DNA of 39,653 bases from a virus (Duplodnaviria > Caudoviricetes). A program made the position numbers and the translations under genes. This document shows, piece after piece, positions 1-9,908 of the stretch. Within the stretch, counting starts at the first letter, position 1; every line of letters begins with the position of its first letter. The notes below the pieces were generated by a model. That model was not told the origin of the DNA. It did no database searches and worked only from the letters and a program-made list of their open reading frames with translations. The stretch spans positions 1 through 39,653 of IMG/VR virus record IMGVR_UViG_3300046495_000010; one strand, written 5' to 3'.

Positions 1-1
1 G

Positions 2-1735
2 TCCGGCCATGCAACAGGCAGTCTGGCAATTCCGGGTGTCATCCCTCTCGTGCCCGGCGAGTTTGTCTCTGCGCGCGGGTGGGTGCGTCCCTCGGTGACC
101 AAGAACTTCACCCCGAGGATCTACCAGTTCCCGGCTGGCGGTTCTATACCCGGCCCGCAAGTCTCCTGCCCCGCGAATGTCTGGACCGAGATCAGGGTCG
201 AGAACATCACCGTCGCGCCGTCACAGGCTGGGCTGCTGTTCGCGCTCTACACCCCCGCCACGGAGCAGTGGGTTGCCGGGGACACCCTTGATGCGTCGGC
301 TGTCGTCATCGAGAAGGCCCAGTCAGCAGGTGCTTACTTCGATGGTTCCTCGGTCGTGTCCGGCTTCACGGCTGCGTGGACTGGCACAGCCAACAACTCG
401 CCCTCGACCTTGGTTGTCCCTGCCCACACCTACAAGTGGACGGGTGCCCCCAACGCCTCATCCTCTGTCGAGACCACCAACGTAGGCACGCCAGCGATCA
501 ACGGCGTCTGTGCCCTATCGGGCTCCGGGGCACTTACGTCCGCAGGAACACCACAGACCAGCACCGGCGTGGCACTGTCCGGCTCGGGCACCCTCGCTGC
601 CGCTGGCAGCGCCCCGGCTATCAAGGGTGCAGCGGCCCTGTCCGGGGTGGGCGCCCTGAGCGTGGTCGGGGGCCAGTCCGCCAACGTGCCTCTGGGCGGC
701 TCCGGCACCCTGACCGCGACCGGCAGCGCCCCCACCATCGCCCTTGCCGTAGCCCTGTCGGGAACCGGGTCCCTGACCCCTGCACCCACCACCCTCGCGG
801 TCCCGGGCACCGCCGCTCTGTCCGGCTCGGGCGCGCTGACCGTGGCCGGTGTCCCCGGCTACTCCCGGGCCGCCGCCCTGAGCGGAGCCGGTGCCCTGTC
901 CGCAGCGGCAACCCCCGGGCTGCTAGGCGAAGTGCCGCTGTCGGGCTCGGGCTCCCTGAGCGTGGCCGGAGTTCCCGGCTACCGGGGCACCGTCGCCCTG
1001 TCCGGGTCCGGGTCCCTTTCCGTGGCAGGTGCCCCTGCCGTCACCTTGGCCGCCGCCCTGTCCGGGTCCGGGTCCCTTTCCGTGGCGGGTGTGGCGGGGC
1101 TGGGGTCCGGTGCGGCCCTGACGGGCTTGGGGACCCTGACCCTGACCGGTGCCCCCGCAGTGACCAAGGCCCTGCCGCTGGGCGGTACGGGAACCCTGAG
1201 CACGACGCGGTCTGTGACCACCAGCGGTGTCGCCGCCCTGAGCGGGTCGGGCGCTTTGGGGGTCAGCGGTGTCCCCGGCTACTTCAGGGCCGCAGCCCTG
1301 TCCGGGTCCGGCACGCTTGGCGTCACCGGCGTCGCCGTCGAACGCATCGACGCCTACGGGACCACCGCCCTGTCCGGGGCCGGGTCCCTGAGCGCCAGCG
1401 GCACCCCGCGCACCAGATCGGCGGCAGGACTGTCCGGGGATGGGTCCCTGACCCTGACCGCGATCATCGCCACCAGCAGGCCGCTGGTCCTGTCCGGGTC
1501 CGGGTCCCTTTCCGTGCAGGGCGCCGCCGTGTCCATTCAGGGCGCCGCCGACCTGTCCGGGGACGGGCTGCTGGCCGTGGTCGGGCACCGGCCACCACCT
1601 GATGTGGCTATGAGCGGTTCGCTACCGGCCCGGCGCTGGACCGGGACTAACCTGAGAGCACGCAGCACCGTCGGTGCGCTCGGAGAGCGCGGCTGGACCG
1701 GGTCCCTGCCGCACGAGCACGCTGGCGCGAACTAG
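2..1735 (+). CDS. Virion fibre/decoration protein with Gly/Ser/Ala/Thr repeats (5' truncated)
   Basis: Frame is open from base 2. YFDGS...WTGTANNS motif typical of actinophage minor tail proteins, then about 18 LSGxGxL repeats with ~20-aa period. Confidence 0.75.
   Translation, partial: SGHATGSLAIPGVIPLVPGEFVSARGWVRPSVTKNFTPRIYQFPAGGSIPGPQVSCPANVWTEIRVENITVAPSQAGLLFALYTPATEQWVAGDTLDASAVVIEKAQSAGAYFDGSSVVSGFTAAWTGTANNSPSTLVVPAHTYKWTGAPNASSSVETTNVGTPAINGVCALSGSGALTSAGTPQTSTGVALSGSGTLAAAGSAPAIKGAAALSGVGALSVVGGQSANVPLGGSGTLTATGSAPTIALAVALSGTGSLTPAPTTLAVPGTAALSGSGALTVAGVPGYSRAAALSGAGALSAAATPGLLGEVPLSGSGSLSVAGVPGYRGTVALSGSGSLSVAGAPAVTLAAALSGSGSLSVAGVAGLGSGAALTGLGTLTLTGAPAVTKALPLGGTGTLSTTRSVTTSGVAALSGSGALGVSGVPGYFRAAALSGSGTLGVTGVAVERIDAYGTTALSGAGSLSASGTPRTRSAAGLSGDGSLTLTAIIATSRPLVLSGSGSLSVQGAAVSIQGAADLSGDGLLAVVGHRPPPDVAMSGSLPARRWTGTNLRARSTVGALGERGWTGSLPHEHAGAN
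520..1575 (+). repeat. Coding tandem repeat, ~60-bp period (LSGSGSLSV units)
   Basis: CTGTCCGGGTCCGGGTCCCTTTCCGTG occurs identically near 998, 1058 and 1490, with degenerate copies about every 60 nt. Confidence 0.9.
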
Positions 1736-1743
1736 GAGGCCAC

Positions 1744-2019
1744 ATGCCTGTCAACGACTACCCCCGCGAGACCAACGAGCCTCAGCAGGTCGTGGTCCTT
1801 GACGGCACCACCCCGGTCACCGTCGGGGTCAAGATCGCCATGACTGACTACCACACCCGCCCCACCGTCTGGGACGACCCGGTGATCCTTGACGACGGCA
1901 GCATGGGCGTGCTCGTGGACGGGCTGAGCCCGGGGGTCTGGCGGGTCTGGGCCAAGGTCACCGGCCTCGTCGGCGACATCGAACCGGTCGTGGACTGCGG
2001 GTACTTCACCGTCAACTAG
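1744..2019 (+). CDS. Small beta-rich virion protein (probable fibre adaptor)
   Basis: AGGAGG RBS; 91 aa with G-x-W-R-V-W-A-K-V...E-P-V motif seen next to actinophage fibre genes. Confidence 0.55.
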   Translation: MPVNDYPRETNEPQQVVVLDGTTPVTVGVKIAMTDYHTRPTVWDDPVILDDGSMGVLVDGLSPGVWRVWAKVTGLVGDIEPVVDCGYFTVN

Positions 2020-2069
2020 GCGCGGCGTGCCTGCCGTCCCGGTAGCGGCCACACCCCTACGCTGAGCGT

Positions 2070-2645
2070 GTGGCGAACCCTCTGCTGAGCGACCCCCGCG
2101 CGGTCATCGGGATTCTGAAACGGCCCCTGACCACCGCAGAGTTGGACCGTGTCGACGCCCTGTCCGACGCGGTGGTGGCCACCCTTGAACTGCACCTGAA
2201 CCGGTGGCTGTTCCAGCGGCGGGTCTACGCCGAGAAGCACCGGACCGGGACTCAGGGCCGGATCGTGCTGTACCACGAGCCCGTCGCGTGGATCGACGCC
2301 CTGCACTACGGCTCGGCGTCCGCCGCGTCGGTGGCGTTCGCCGAGGACGGGGTCTGGGAGGAGCCCGGAGCCTTCCCGGCGGGGACCACCGTGTGGGTCG
2401 ACTACACCGCAGGCGACGACTACCCCGAGGTGGCGTGGGCCGGGGCCGCCACCGACCTGATCGCCAACGTCGTGGCCCGCACGCTGGCCCTGCCCGGTCA
2501 GGTCGCCACCGGTGCGCTCAAGTCCTACTCGGTGGAGGGCACCTCGATCACCTACGCCACCCCGGACGCCCCCGGCAACAAGGGCCGCCTGACCGTCGGG
2601 GATCTCGGCACCCTCGCCCGGCTGCGAGTCCCGGTAGTCCTGTGA
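2070..2645 (+). CDS. Head-to-tail adaptor
   Basis: Position and size; N-terminal helical segment and C-terminal KSYSVEGTSITY motif typical of adaptors. Confidence 0.7.
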   Translation: MANPLLSDPRAVIGILKRPLTTAELDRVDALSDAVVATLELHLNRWLFQRRVYAEKHRTGTQGRIVLYHEPVAWIDALHYGSASAASVAFAEDGVWEEPGAFPAGTTVWVDYTAGDDYPEVAWAGAATDLIANVVARTLALPGQVATGALKSYSVEGTSITYATPDAPGNKGRLTVGDLGTLARLRVPVVL

Positions 2646-3049
2646 GCGGCAACGAGGTCTTCCCCATCCCCGAGCCGGAGTTCTTGTGGGTCCACAACAT
2701 GGTCGGGCTGCGGATGACCGGGGCATCCATGACCGTTGTGGAGGACGCCGAGGGCCAGTGGCACCGGGAGCCGTCCAGCGCGGCGTCGGTCACGTTCGTG
2801 GGCTACGTCGCCGACGCCCAGCCTGCCGAGATCGACCGGGCCGCCGCCCGGGGCATCGTCCTTGACGCGGTGGCGCTGGCGCCCCTGTCGACCGCGATGC
2901 AGGCAAGTGACTGGCTGGACTGCACCACCGACGCGAGTATCCCGCCGTGGTTGCAGCACACGTTCATCATCAAACTCGTCAACCCGAACCTGTCCCACGT
3001 GCGCCTGATGCTGACCCGCTCGGACTACCCCGCTCCCTACCCCGACTAG
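2642..3049 (+). CDS. Head-to-tail stopper/closure protein
   Basis: GTG overlaps the upstream stop (GTGA); 135 aa, beta-rich, syntenic position. Confidence 0.6.
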   Translation: MSGNEVFPIPEPEFLWVHNMVGLRMTGASMTVVEDAEGQWHREPSSAASVTFVGYVADAQPAEIDRAAARGIVLDAVALAPLSTAMQASDWLDCTTDASIPPWLQHTFIIKLVNPNLSHVRLMLTRSDYPAPYPD

Positions 3050-3057
3050 GAGGACCC

Positions 3058-3567
3058 ATGCCGATCGAGGGCGACACCGGTGCCATCGCCAAGACGCTGC
3101 GCGCGGGCCGGGCCGGGATCAACCGTGACCTTGACCGGGTGGGGGTCCAACTTGTGTCCCGGCTGCGGGTGACGCTGAGCACTCCCGGGCAGGGACGCGT
3201 GTACGACCAGAGGTTCTTTACCAACCGCCGGGGCCGGGTCATCGCCTACGGCAAGCGGGTCCCCCACCGGGCGTCCGCGCCCGGGGACCCGCCCGCCCGC
3301 GACACCGGCGTCCTCGCCGCGTCCGTCTCGGCCCACGTCACCCGCCGCCCTGACGGGGCCGAACTGTCGGTGGGCTCAAGTCTGGACTATGCGGTCTACA
3401 CCGAGTTCGGGTCCCGGTTCAGCATCCGGCGACTGGCCACGGTCGCCCCCCGCCCGTGGATGCGGCCCACCATCGCCGCCTCCTACGCCATGATCCGCAG
3501 CGAGGTCGCGGACGGCATCGAGGGCAGGGAACGGGCCATGGCACGCAGCCTCGGAGGGCGGGGCTGA
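3058..3567 (+). CDS. HK97 gp10-like neck/tail completion protein
   Basis: AGGAGG RBS; SAPGDPPARDTGxL, YAxYxEFG and APRPWMRP motifs. Confidence 0.85.
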   Translation: MPIEGDTGAIAKTLRAGRAGINRDLDRVGVQLVSRLRVTLSTPGQGRVYDQRFFTNRRGRVIAYGKRVPHRASAPGDPPARDTGVLAASVSAHVTRRPDGAELSVGSSLDYAVYTEFGSRFSIRRLATVAPRPWMRPTIAASYAMIRSEVADGIEGRERAMARSLGGRG

Positions 3568-3998
3568 TGCTCGCCGCGACGATCGAGGGGTCGGTCATCG
3601 ACCTGCTGCGCGAGGCCGGGCTGGTCGGCGGGCGGGTCTGGGCTGAGGACGCCCCCGAGGGCGCGACCCGCCCGTACATCACCTTGCTGGGGCCGTTGTC
3701 GACGGTCGCACGGCTGCGCGGGGACGGCGGGGAGACGATGGGCTCTGAGCGGCTCATTCAGGTCAATCTGTGGCAGGACCGGCGGCTGCCCGGCGGGGCA
3801 GGTTCGGGGGTCGACCCGTCCCTCGTCGGGCGTCTGGTCCTCGCCCTTGACGGCGGGGTCCTCGACCTCGACCCGGCGGTCGGCAAGGTCTACCAGTGCC
3901 ACGTCCAAGACCTTCAGCGTGTCGCGGAGCCGGATGGGACGAACCTGACACACCACGCCCTTACGCTGAGTATTAAGCATGACCGAGGCGCCATCTAG
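3567..3998 (+). CDS. Tail terminator protein
   Basis: TGATG coupling; RVW...AP...PYIT and QVNLW motifs; lies just before the major tail gene. Confidence 0.7.
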   Translation: MLAATIEGSVIDLLREAGLVGGRVWAEDAPEGATRPYITLLGPLSTVARLRGDGGETMGSERLIQVNLWQDRRLPGGAGSGVDPSLVGRLVLALDGGVLDLDPAVGKVYQCHVQDLQRVAEPDGTNLTHHALTLSIKHDRGAI

Positions 3999-4109
3999 GA
4001 CGGGCAGCGGCCAGCCACGGACCCCCGACCGGCAGCACAGATTCACAGGCACACAGAACGCACCACAGAACGGCAGGCACCATCCGATCGAGGGTCAAGG
4101 AGGCCCGCT

Positions 4110-4664
4110 ATGCCCGTCACCCATCGCAGTGTGTATTTCGACGTTCACGACTTCAAGGTCTACTCGATGCTCACCGACACCACCGGCGCCTCAGGGCCGA
4201 CGTACGGCCCAGCCGTGGATGTGCCCGGCATCGCCGAGGTGTCGATGGACCCCAACCTTCAGACCGCCGAACTGAAGGGCGACGCGAAGATCATCGCCAA
4301 AAAGGGCCGCGTCGACAAGGTCACCATGAAGTGCACCTACGGCAAACTGAGCCTTGACGTGCTGGACGTCATCATGGAGGGCGACCTGACCGACCAGACC
4401 ACCGTGTCGGCGAAGTTCCGGGTCCTTGGCACGAACAGCCTGCCGTACTTCAAGGCGATGTTCACCATCGACGATGTGGAGATGGGCCTCGGGTCCCTTC
4501 AGATGACCGTCTGGAAGGCGCAGATTTCCGGCGGCACCCTCATCACCTCCAAGACCGACGAGTTCGGCCAGCCGGACATGGAGATCGAGGGCATCGCGTG
4601 CGAGAGCAACGACGCCCTGTTCGACGTCGACTTCTACGCGGCCAAGACTCCGCTGCCCGCATGA
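4110..4664 (+). CDS. Major tail (tube) protein
   Basis: AGGAGG RBS; TYGxAVDVPGI...ELKGD motif of siphovirus tube proteins; synteny. Confidence 0.85.
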   Translation: MPVTHRSVYFDVHDFKVYSMLTDTTGASGPTYGPAVDVPGIAEVSMDPNLQTAELKGDAKIIAKKGRVDKVTMKCTYGKLSLDVLDVIMEGDLTDQTTVSAKFRVLGTNSLPYFKAMFTIDDVEMGLGSLQMTVWKAQISGGTLITSKTDEFGQPDMEIEGIACESNDALFDVDFYAAKTPLPA

Positions 4665-5323
4665 GCACCGCAGGGTCCGTAAGCCCTGCCGTCCTCAAGA
4701 ACCGTGGTGTGCCCATGACGGTGCACACCGTAGTCCGCGACGCCGACGGCAGGCCGACAAATGAGCGTGCGATCGACGACGCAGGCGAGTTCATCATGGA
4801 CCCCGCCAAACGGTACGTGCGGTTCGACAACAACATCCTGTCCGACATCGAGGACCCCGTCATCGGCTGGGGCAGTGTCGACAACTGGGAGGAGGCCCTC
4901 GTTGCCGCGCCGTTCAGCACGGTCCGCGCGACCTTGGCCATCTGCTGGGGGTTCGACCCGTCCAGCAAGGACGACCTGCGGGTTGTCGGGGCGATCTGCC
5001 CTGATGCCACTGAGGAGGTCGGGACCCTGATCGGGGCCGCGTACATGCTGGCCAACGGGATGGACCCGGCTCTGGTGGGGGAAGCAATCCGCCAGTCGGA
5101 GGGCGAGATGGTGACGTCGAACAAGGCGAAACAGGCCCGGCTGGCGGAGGCGTTGAAGGCGGCAACGACCAAGGACGAGACAACGGAGGACGTCTCGCCG
5201 ACATCGCTTTCGGAGCCCATCCCGACCGACGACTCGCCGCCCGCATCCGACGCTACCCATGGCATGACTGGTTCCGAGCATGGATCGTCGTCGGACGTGA
5301 TCCTGACGAGTTCTGGCGTCTGA
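4661..5323 (+). CDS. Tail assembly chaperone (G form)
   Basis: ATGA overlap with the major tail gene; lies between tube and tape measure genes; Ser/Thr/Pro-rich C-terminus. Confidence 0.75.
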   Translation: MSTAGSVSPAVLKNRGVPMTVHTVVRDADGRPTNERAIDDAGEFIMDPAKRYVRFDNNILSDIEDPVIGWGSVDNWEEALVAAPFSTVRATLAICWGFDPSSKDDLRVVGAICPDATEEVGTLIGAAYMLANGMDPALVGEAIRQSEGEMVTSNKAKQARLAEALKAATTKDETTEDVSPTSLSEPIPTDDSPPASDATHGMTGSEHGSSSDVILTSSGV

Positions 5324-5427
5324 GCCCGGGGCAGGTGGTCGCCGTGCTGAACGCCCACTCACAACCGGACAAGCCCCGGGGCTCAACAGCCGACCTCGTG
5401 CGGCTGGCGAAGTCAGCGAGGAGGTGA
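5077..5427 (+). CDS. Tail assembly chaperone -1 frameshift extension (G-T form)
   Basis: The -1 frame is open 5014-5427 and encodes YPWHDWFRAW...DEFWRLSPGQV, with no good start of its own. In-phase slippery G GGG GAA at 5077-5083. Confidence 0.65.
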   Translation, partial: GGSNPPVGGRDGDVEQGETGPAGGGVEGGNDQGRDNGGRLADIAFGAHPDRRLAARIRRYPWHDWFRAWIVVGRDPDEFWRLSPGQVVAVLNAHSQPDKPRGSTADLVRLAKSARR

Positions 5428-5430
5428 GCC

Positions 5431-8400
5431 ATGGCCATTGACCTGCCCACCCTTGTGCAGAGGGTCCGGGTTGACACCTCGGGGCTGTCCAAGGCGGAGG
5501 CACAAGCCAAGTCGTTCGCCTCCACGATGCAGGCGGCCAGCAAGGACATCGACTCCTCCACGACCAAACTCGCCAAGGACACCGAGGCGGGCACCAAGGC
5601 CACCGAGCGTTCCAACGCGGCGCACCGGGAGACCCCCGGCTCGGTCGGCCCGGCTACCAGCGCGATCCGCGAGCACATCAGCGCCAACCGTGAGCACACC
5701 GCCACATCGAACGCCTCGGGGGCGGCCACCCGCCGCCACGCCCGTGACCATGACGCGCTGGGCAACTCGGTACGCAAGTCCACCGCCGAGATGAAAAAGG
5801 CCAAGACCGACTCTAAGGTCCTCGGCGGGGTGTTCAAGAACCTCGCCAAGGTCATGGCCCCCGGCATGATCGTCGGCATCGCATCGTTCGTCAGCCCGCT
5901 GCTGACGTTGGTCAACTCCCTCGGCGCAGGGGCCATCGCCGTCGCCGGGTCGCTTGGTCAGATGGCCTCGGCGTTCGCTGCCACCGGCGCAGCCGCCGTC
6001 GGCAGCCTCGCACAGGTCAGTGGGGTGGCCGCCGCCCTGCCCGGGATCGCCGGGGCGCTGCTGACTGGTGTCGGCGCGGTCAAGGCAACATTCAAGGGGA
6101 TGACCGGCACCAGCGCAGGGTATGACGCTGCCGTCAAGAGCGCCTCTGCGGCCACGACCAGCCTCAGCGCCGCAGAGGCCAGATACCAGCAGGTGGCCAC
6201 CAACCCCAAGGCGACGGCAGCGCAGAAGGCGTCGGCCAAGGCTGCTCTCGATGCGGCTAAGGCCCGCTCAACTGCGGCAAACACGGCGGTCGCCAAGTTC
6301 GGGCCGACCGCGAGCACGATGGCCGCTGAGGTCAAGGTCTACAAGGATGCCTTCAAGGACATGGGTGACATCACCCGTTCCATCACGGTGCCCGCGTTCG
6401 TGGAGGGCATGAAGGCCGCAGCCCCCGCCCTTGGCGTCTTTAAGACCGGGGCCAAGCAACTGGCGCAGGAGATCGCGCCGCTGGCCAGATCGCTGGGCCA
6501 GTTCGTCGGCTCCAAGGGGTTCCTACGGGATCTGTCGACACTGGCCACCAACAACGCAAAGGTCTTTGGCCAACTGGGCGGCGCCCTCAAGCCAGCCGCC
6601 GGGGCCTTCACAAACATCGCTGTCGCCGCCGCCCCGATGACCCTCGCCCTTGCTGGCGCCGTACGCCAGTTCGCGGTGTTCTTCGAGAAGAAGACTGAGG
6701 ATCGCGGAGGGATGACCGCGTTTTTCAACCGGGCAGCGGTACAGGCCGTCGCTCTAGCCAAGAGCATCGGCAACGTCATCAGCGTGATTATCCGTATCGG
6801 CAGCATCGGGTCATCGGTGTTCTTTGGCACCAAGGGTCTTGCGGGCGGCATCCTTGAATCGACCACAAGGCTCAACACGTGGGTCAAGTCCGGGGCGGGC
6901 GTCGCCAAGATCACCGGGTACTTCCAGCGGATGAAACCGATCGCAGAAAACACGTTCGGCGCCATCGTCAACTTCGGTGCGGGGCTCATCAACCTCGCCA
7001 AGATCGGCTCCAACGTGTTCTTCGGCACCGGTGGGATGTCCGGGGGCATCGCCGACGTCGCCAAAAAGTTCAACGACTGGACCAAGAGCCCCGGCGGGAT
7101 TCAGGCCATCACCGGGTACTTCCAAGAGATGAAGCCCGTGGTCAGTGAGGCGATGCTGCTGCTCAAACAGGTCTTGGTCGACATGTTTAGTCTGGGCCGG
7201 GACAAGTCCACCGCCTCGATGCTCCAAATGATCCGCACCGACTTCCTGCCCATCGTCACCCAGATGCTCCAAAAAATGTCGGCCATGGCACCCGCCGTGC
7301 TGTCCACCCTCAAGGGCGTCGCGGACTTCGCCGGGTCCCTTGACCCGACCGTGATCCTTGCGGTGGCCAACGCGTTCGGCACGATGGTCTCCAACATCGG
7401 CACCCTCATCAGCATCATCCCCGGTCTGGGCACTGTCGTGTCCTTGCTGCTGGCGTACTTGTCGGCACGCAAACTGCTCGGCGGGGTGCTCGTGCCGCTT
7501 CTGGGGCTGGCAGGCGGCAAGGGTGGCATCGTGTCAACACTGCTGGGCGGGGCCACGACCGCAGGTGGGACCTTGCGCGCGGGTGGTGTCGCGGCTGGCG
7601 CCGCGATGGAAGCCTCAGCGGCCACCGCAGCCGAGACCCTGCGACTGGGGGCTGTCGGTGGCGGCAAGGGTGGCAAGGTCGCAAGCGCGGCGGGCACGGC
7701 GGCGACTATCGGCCCGTCCGTGGTCGGTGGCGGCGGCAAGATGGCGGTCCTGTCTAGTGCGGCCAAGGTCGCGCTGCGTGGCGCGATCTGGGCGGCGATC
7801 GGATACATGATCGGAGACACGATCGTGAACCTGACCGCCGCGCCCGCCGCAAAGCAAGGCGAAACGGGAGCCAAGGAAGTCACCGACGCCAAGACAGTGT
7901 GGGAGAAGTCCGACAAGGGTCCGGCGGCAGCCGCGACGTACACGAAGGCGCTGCAAGATGGCGCCGCCAAGATCAAGTCGTCCAGTGATGGTCTGGGTGG
8001 GGCGCTCCTGTACGGGATCAGCAACGTCGGCACTGGCGTCGCCAATTTCTTTGGCGGCACCAACAAGCGGAACCTTTCTCAGGCGCAGAAGGATGCCGTT
8101 GCCGCGATCGACAAGGAGACGGCACAGGTCAAGTTGGAGACCGACGCGCGGCGGGCCGCATGGCTGATGACCCCGGCAGGCAAGAAATGGCAGGCGCAGC
8201 AGGATGCCGCAAATGCCGCCAAGAACAAGGAGGCTGCCAAGCCCAAGAACGCCGAGCAGACGTTGCAGGCCCGCTACGACAAGGACGTCACCGACGCCAA
8301 AGCCATCGTGGCCAAGTACGAGAAGGACAAGGCCGCGCGGTGGCGCTCGACCTACCCCAAGAACCGCATCAACATCGAGCGGGAGGCCCCCCCGCCTGAG

Positions 8401-9471
8401 GTCGCCCGTGCGCGCAAACTCATCGCCGACGCCGCCAAGGCCGAGGCGGAGGAGGCGAGGCAGCGCAAGATCGCCGCTCAGATCAAGACGGTCGGGTGGC
8501 TGAAAGACATCGCGGATTACTCCGCCCAGCAGGCCGCTAAGCGTGTCGAGGGTCCCGGCGGGCGCCGCTACGATCCCCGGCTGCAAGATAAGGCCAACGC
8601 AGACGCGGCCAAACTGCGTGCTGCTCAGGAGGAGTTGAACAGGCTGCGGGGAATACCCACTGGGACCAACCGGCCACAAACGGGCATCCCGACGACTACG
8701 CCCACCCCGCCCGGTACGGCCACGCCGCTGACACCTAATCAGACCCTCGTTGCCACCGCCGCGAGGACTGCCGCCACCGTTCAGGCGGCGCTGGCCCGAA
8801 TCCCGGGGATGGGCACTGCCGCCGACGCCGCTTTGCAGCAGAAACTTGTGCTGGGGCTGGCGATGATCCCGCCCGCGATGAGGCCGCAGTTGACCTCACT
8901 GAACGCCGGGGTGGAGAACGCCCTCGCCGGGCTGCCAGCCTCGGTCCGTGCGGCGGTGGGCCTGCCACCGCTGGACCCCAACGCGTGGTTCGTCGCCGGG
9001 AAGGGCCTGACCCAGAAACTCGCCGACGGGCTGAACGCGGGTCTGTCTCACGTGATCGAGACCGGGGCGGCGATCTCCAACGGGCTCTCCATGCTGTTCG
9101 GTGGCTCCCCGGTGGAGGCAGGCCCGCTCGTGTCGTTCAACAACGGCAAAGCCGGTCTAGGTCTGGCCGACAAACTTGCCGTGGGTCTGGACAAAGGCAG
9201 GCCGAGAGTGACCAAGGCCGCGTCCGGGTTGGCCGCGTCGGTGGCAGCCACGACCATCCCGCAGATGCGCGGCACGGTCACCTCCCCGTTCACACCCAAG
9301 CCTGCCGCCGCAGAGGTTGCGGGCGGCGCGGCGGCACCCCGGCCCGTGCAGTTCCATATCGGCACCGTGGAGGACGGCGACACGTTGCTGCGTCGGGCTC
9401 GGGCCACCGACCGGATGATGTCGCTGGCTGAGGGCGGGGACTCGATGCAGATGAGGGGGATCGGGATATGA
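5431..9471 (+). CDS. Tape measure protein
   Basis: 1346 aa, Ala/Gly-rich, helical with hydrophobic stretches; GGAGGTG RBS; C-terminal SPxxxGP motif; follows the chaperone. Confidence 0.95.
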   Translation: MAIDLPTLVQRVRVDTSGLSKAEAQAKSFASTMQAASKDIDSSTTKLAKDTEAGTKATERSNAAHRETPGSVGPATSAIREHISANREHTATSNASGAATRRHARDHDALGNSVRKSTAEMKKAKTDSKVLGGVFKNLAKVMAPGMIVGIASFVSPLLTLVNSLGAGAIAVAGSLGQMASAFAATGAAAVGSLAQVSGVAAALPGIAGALLTGVGAVKATFKGMTGTSAGYDAAVKSASAATTSLSAAEARYQQVATNPKATAAQKASAKAALDAAKARSTAANTAVAKFGPTASTMAAEVKVYKDAFKDMGDITRSITVPAFVEGMKAAAPALGVFKTGAKQLAQEIAPLARSLGQFVGSKGFLRDLSTLATNNAKVFGQLGGALKPAAGAFTNIAVAAAPMTLALAGAVRQFAVFFEKKTEDRGGMTAFFNRAAVQAVALAKSIGNVISVIIRIGSIGSSVFFGTKGLAGGILESTTRLNTWVKSGAGVAKITGYFQRMKPIAENTFGAIVNFGAGLINLAKIGSNVFFGTGGMSGGIADVAKKFNDWTKSPGGIQAITGYFQEMKPVVSEAMLLLKQVLVDMFSLGRDKSTASMLQMIRTDFLPIVTQMLQKMSAMAPAVLSTLKGVADFAGSLDPTVILAVANAFGTMVSNIGTLISIIPGLGTVVSLLLAYLSARKLLGGVLVPLLGLAGGKGGIVSTLLGGATTAGGTLRAGGVAAGAAMEASAATAAETLRLGAVGGGKGGKVASAAGTAATIGPSVVGGGGKMAVLSSAAKVALRGAIWAAIGYMIGDTIVNLTAAPAAKQGETGAKEVTDAKTVWEKSDKGPAAAATYTKALQDGAAKIKSSSDGLGGALLYGISNVGTGVANFFGGTNKRNLSQAQKDAVAAIDKETAQVKLETDARRAAWLMTPAGKKWQAQQDAANAAKNKEAAKPKNAEQTLQARYDKDVTDAKAIVAKYEKDKAARWRSTYPKNRINIEREAPPPEVARARKLIADAAKAEAEEARQRKIAAQIKTVGWLKDIADYSAQQAAKRVEGPGGRRYDPRLQDKANADAAKLRAAQEELNRLRGIPTGTNRPQTGIPTTTPTPPGTATPLTPNQTLVATAARTAATVQAALARIPGMGTAADAALQQKLVLGLAMIPPAMRPQLTSLNAGVENALAGLPASVRAAVGLPPLDPNAWFVAGKGLTQKLADGLNAGLSHVIETGAAISNGLSMLFGGSPVEAGPLVSFNNGKAGLGLADKLAVGLDKGRPRVTKAASGLAASVAATTIPQMRGTVTSPFTPKPAAAEVAGGAAAPRPVQFHIGTVEDGDTLLRRARATDRMMSLAEGGDSMQMRGIGI

Positions 9472-9908
9472 GCCGCTCGATTCTGGTGAACCGGGCCAGC
9501 CTCGGCCTCGGCAACCTGCAACTGTGGCAGCGCGGGAAGTACATCCTGCCGGACGGCACGTTCGGCCCCGGCGAGACCGCCCAGCGGCGGGAGTTCGCGG
9601 AGTCCCCGATGGTCGCCGGACGGTACGCGTCATCCATCGTGGAGGGCCAGCGGACCGCGACGATGGCGGTCCATGTCATCTCGGCCACTGAGGTCGGGTT
9701 GCAGGGGTTGGTCCAAGAGGTCATCACGGCGATGACCCAGTTCCGTTTCACCATGGCGTGGCAGTGGAACGGGCTGTCCGGCACGTGGCAGTGTGAGTGC
9801 GCGGACTGGACGTTGGGCACCTCCGCGATCTTGGATGAGGAGTGGTTGGCGGTCAACAACCAAGCGGTGTACTTCACCGTCCCGCACCGGAGGGTCAGTG
9901 GTCTGTGA
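9468..9908 (+). CDS. Minor tail protein (distal tail, Dit-like)
   Basis: ATGA overlap directly after the tape measure gene; 146 aa, beta-rich. Confidence 0.6.
   Translation: MSRSILVNRASLGLGNLQLWQRGKYILPDGTFGPGETAQRREFAESPMVAGRYASSIVEGQRTATMAVHVISATEVGLQGLVQEVITAMTQFRFTMAWQWNGLSGTWQCECADWTLGTSAILDEEWLAVNNQAVYFTVPHRRVSGL

Noticed and set aside
6805-7140. 66-aa (198-nt) internal duplication in the tape measure gene
   Set aside because: Real (ATCACCGGGTACTTCCA at 6910 and 7108), but internal repeats are normal for tape measure proteins.
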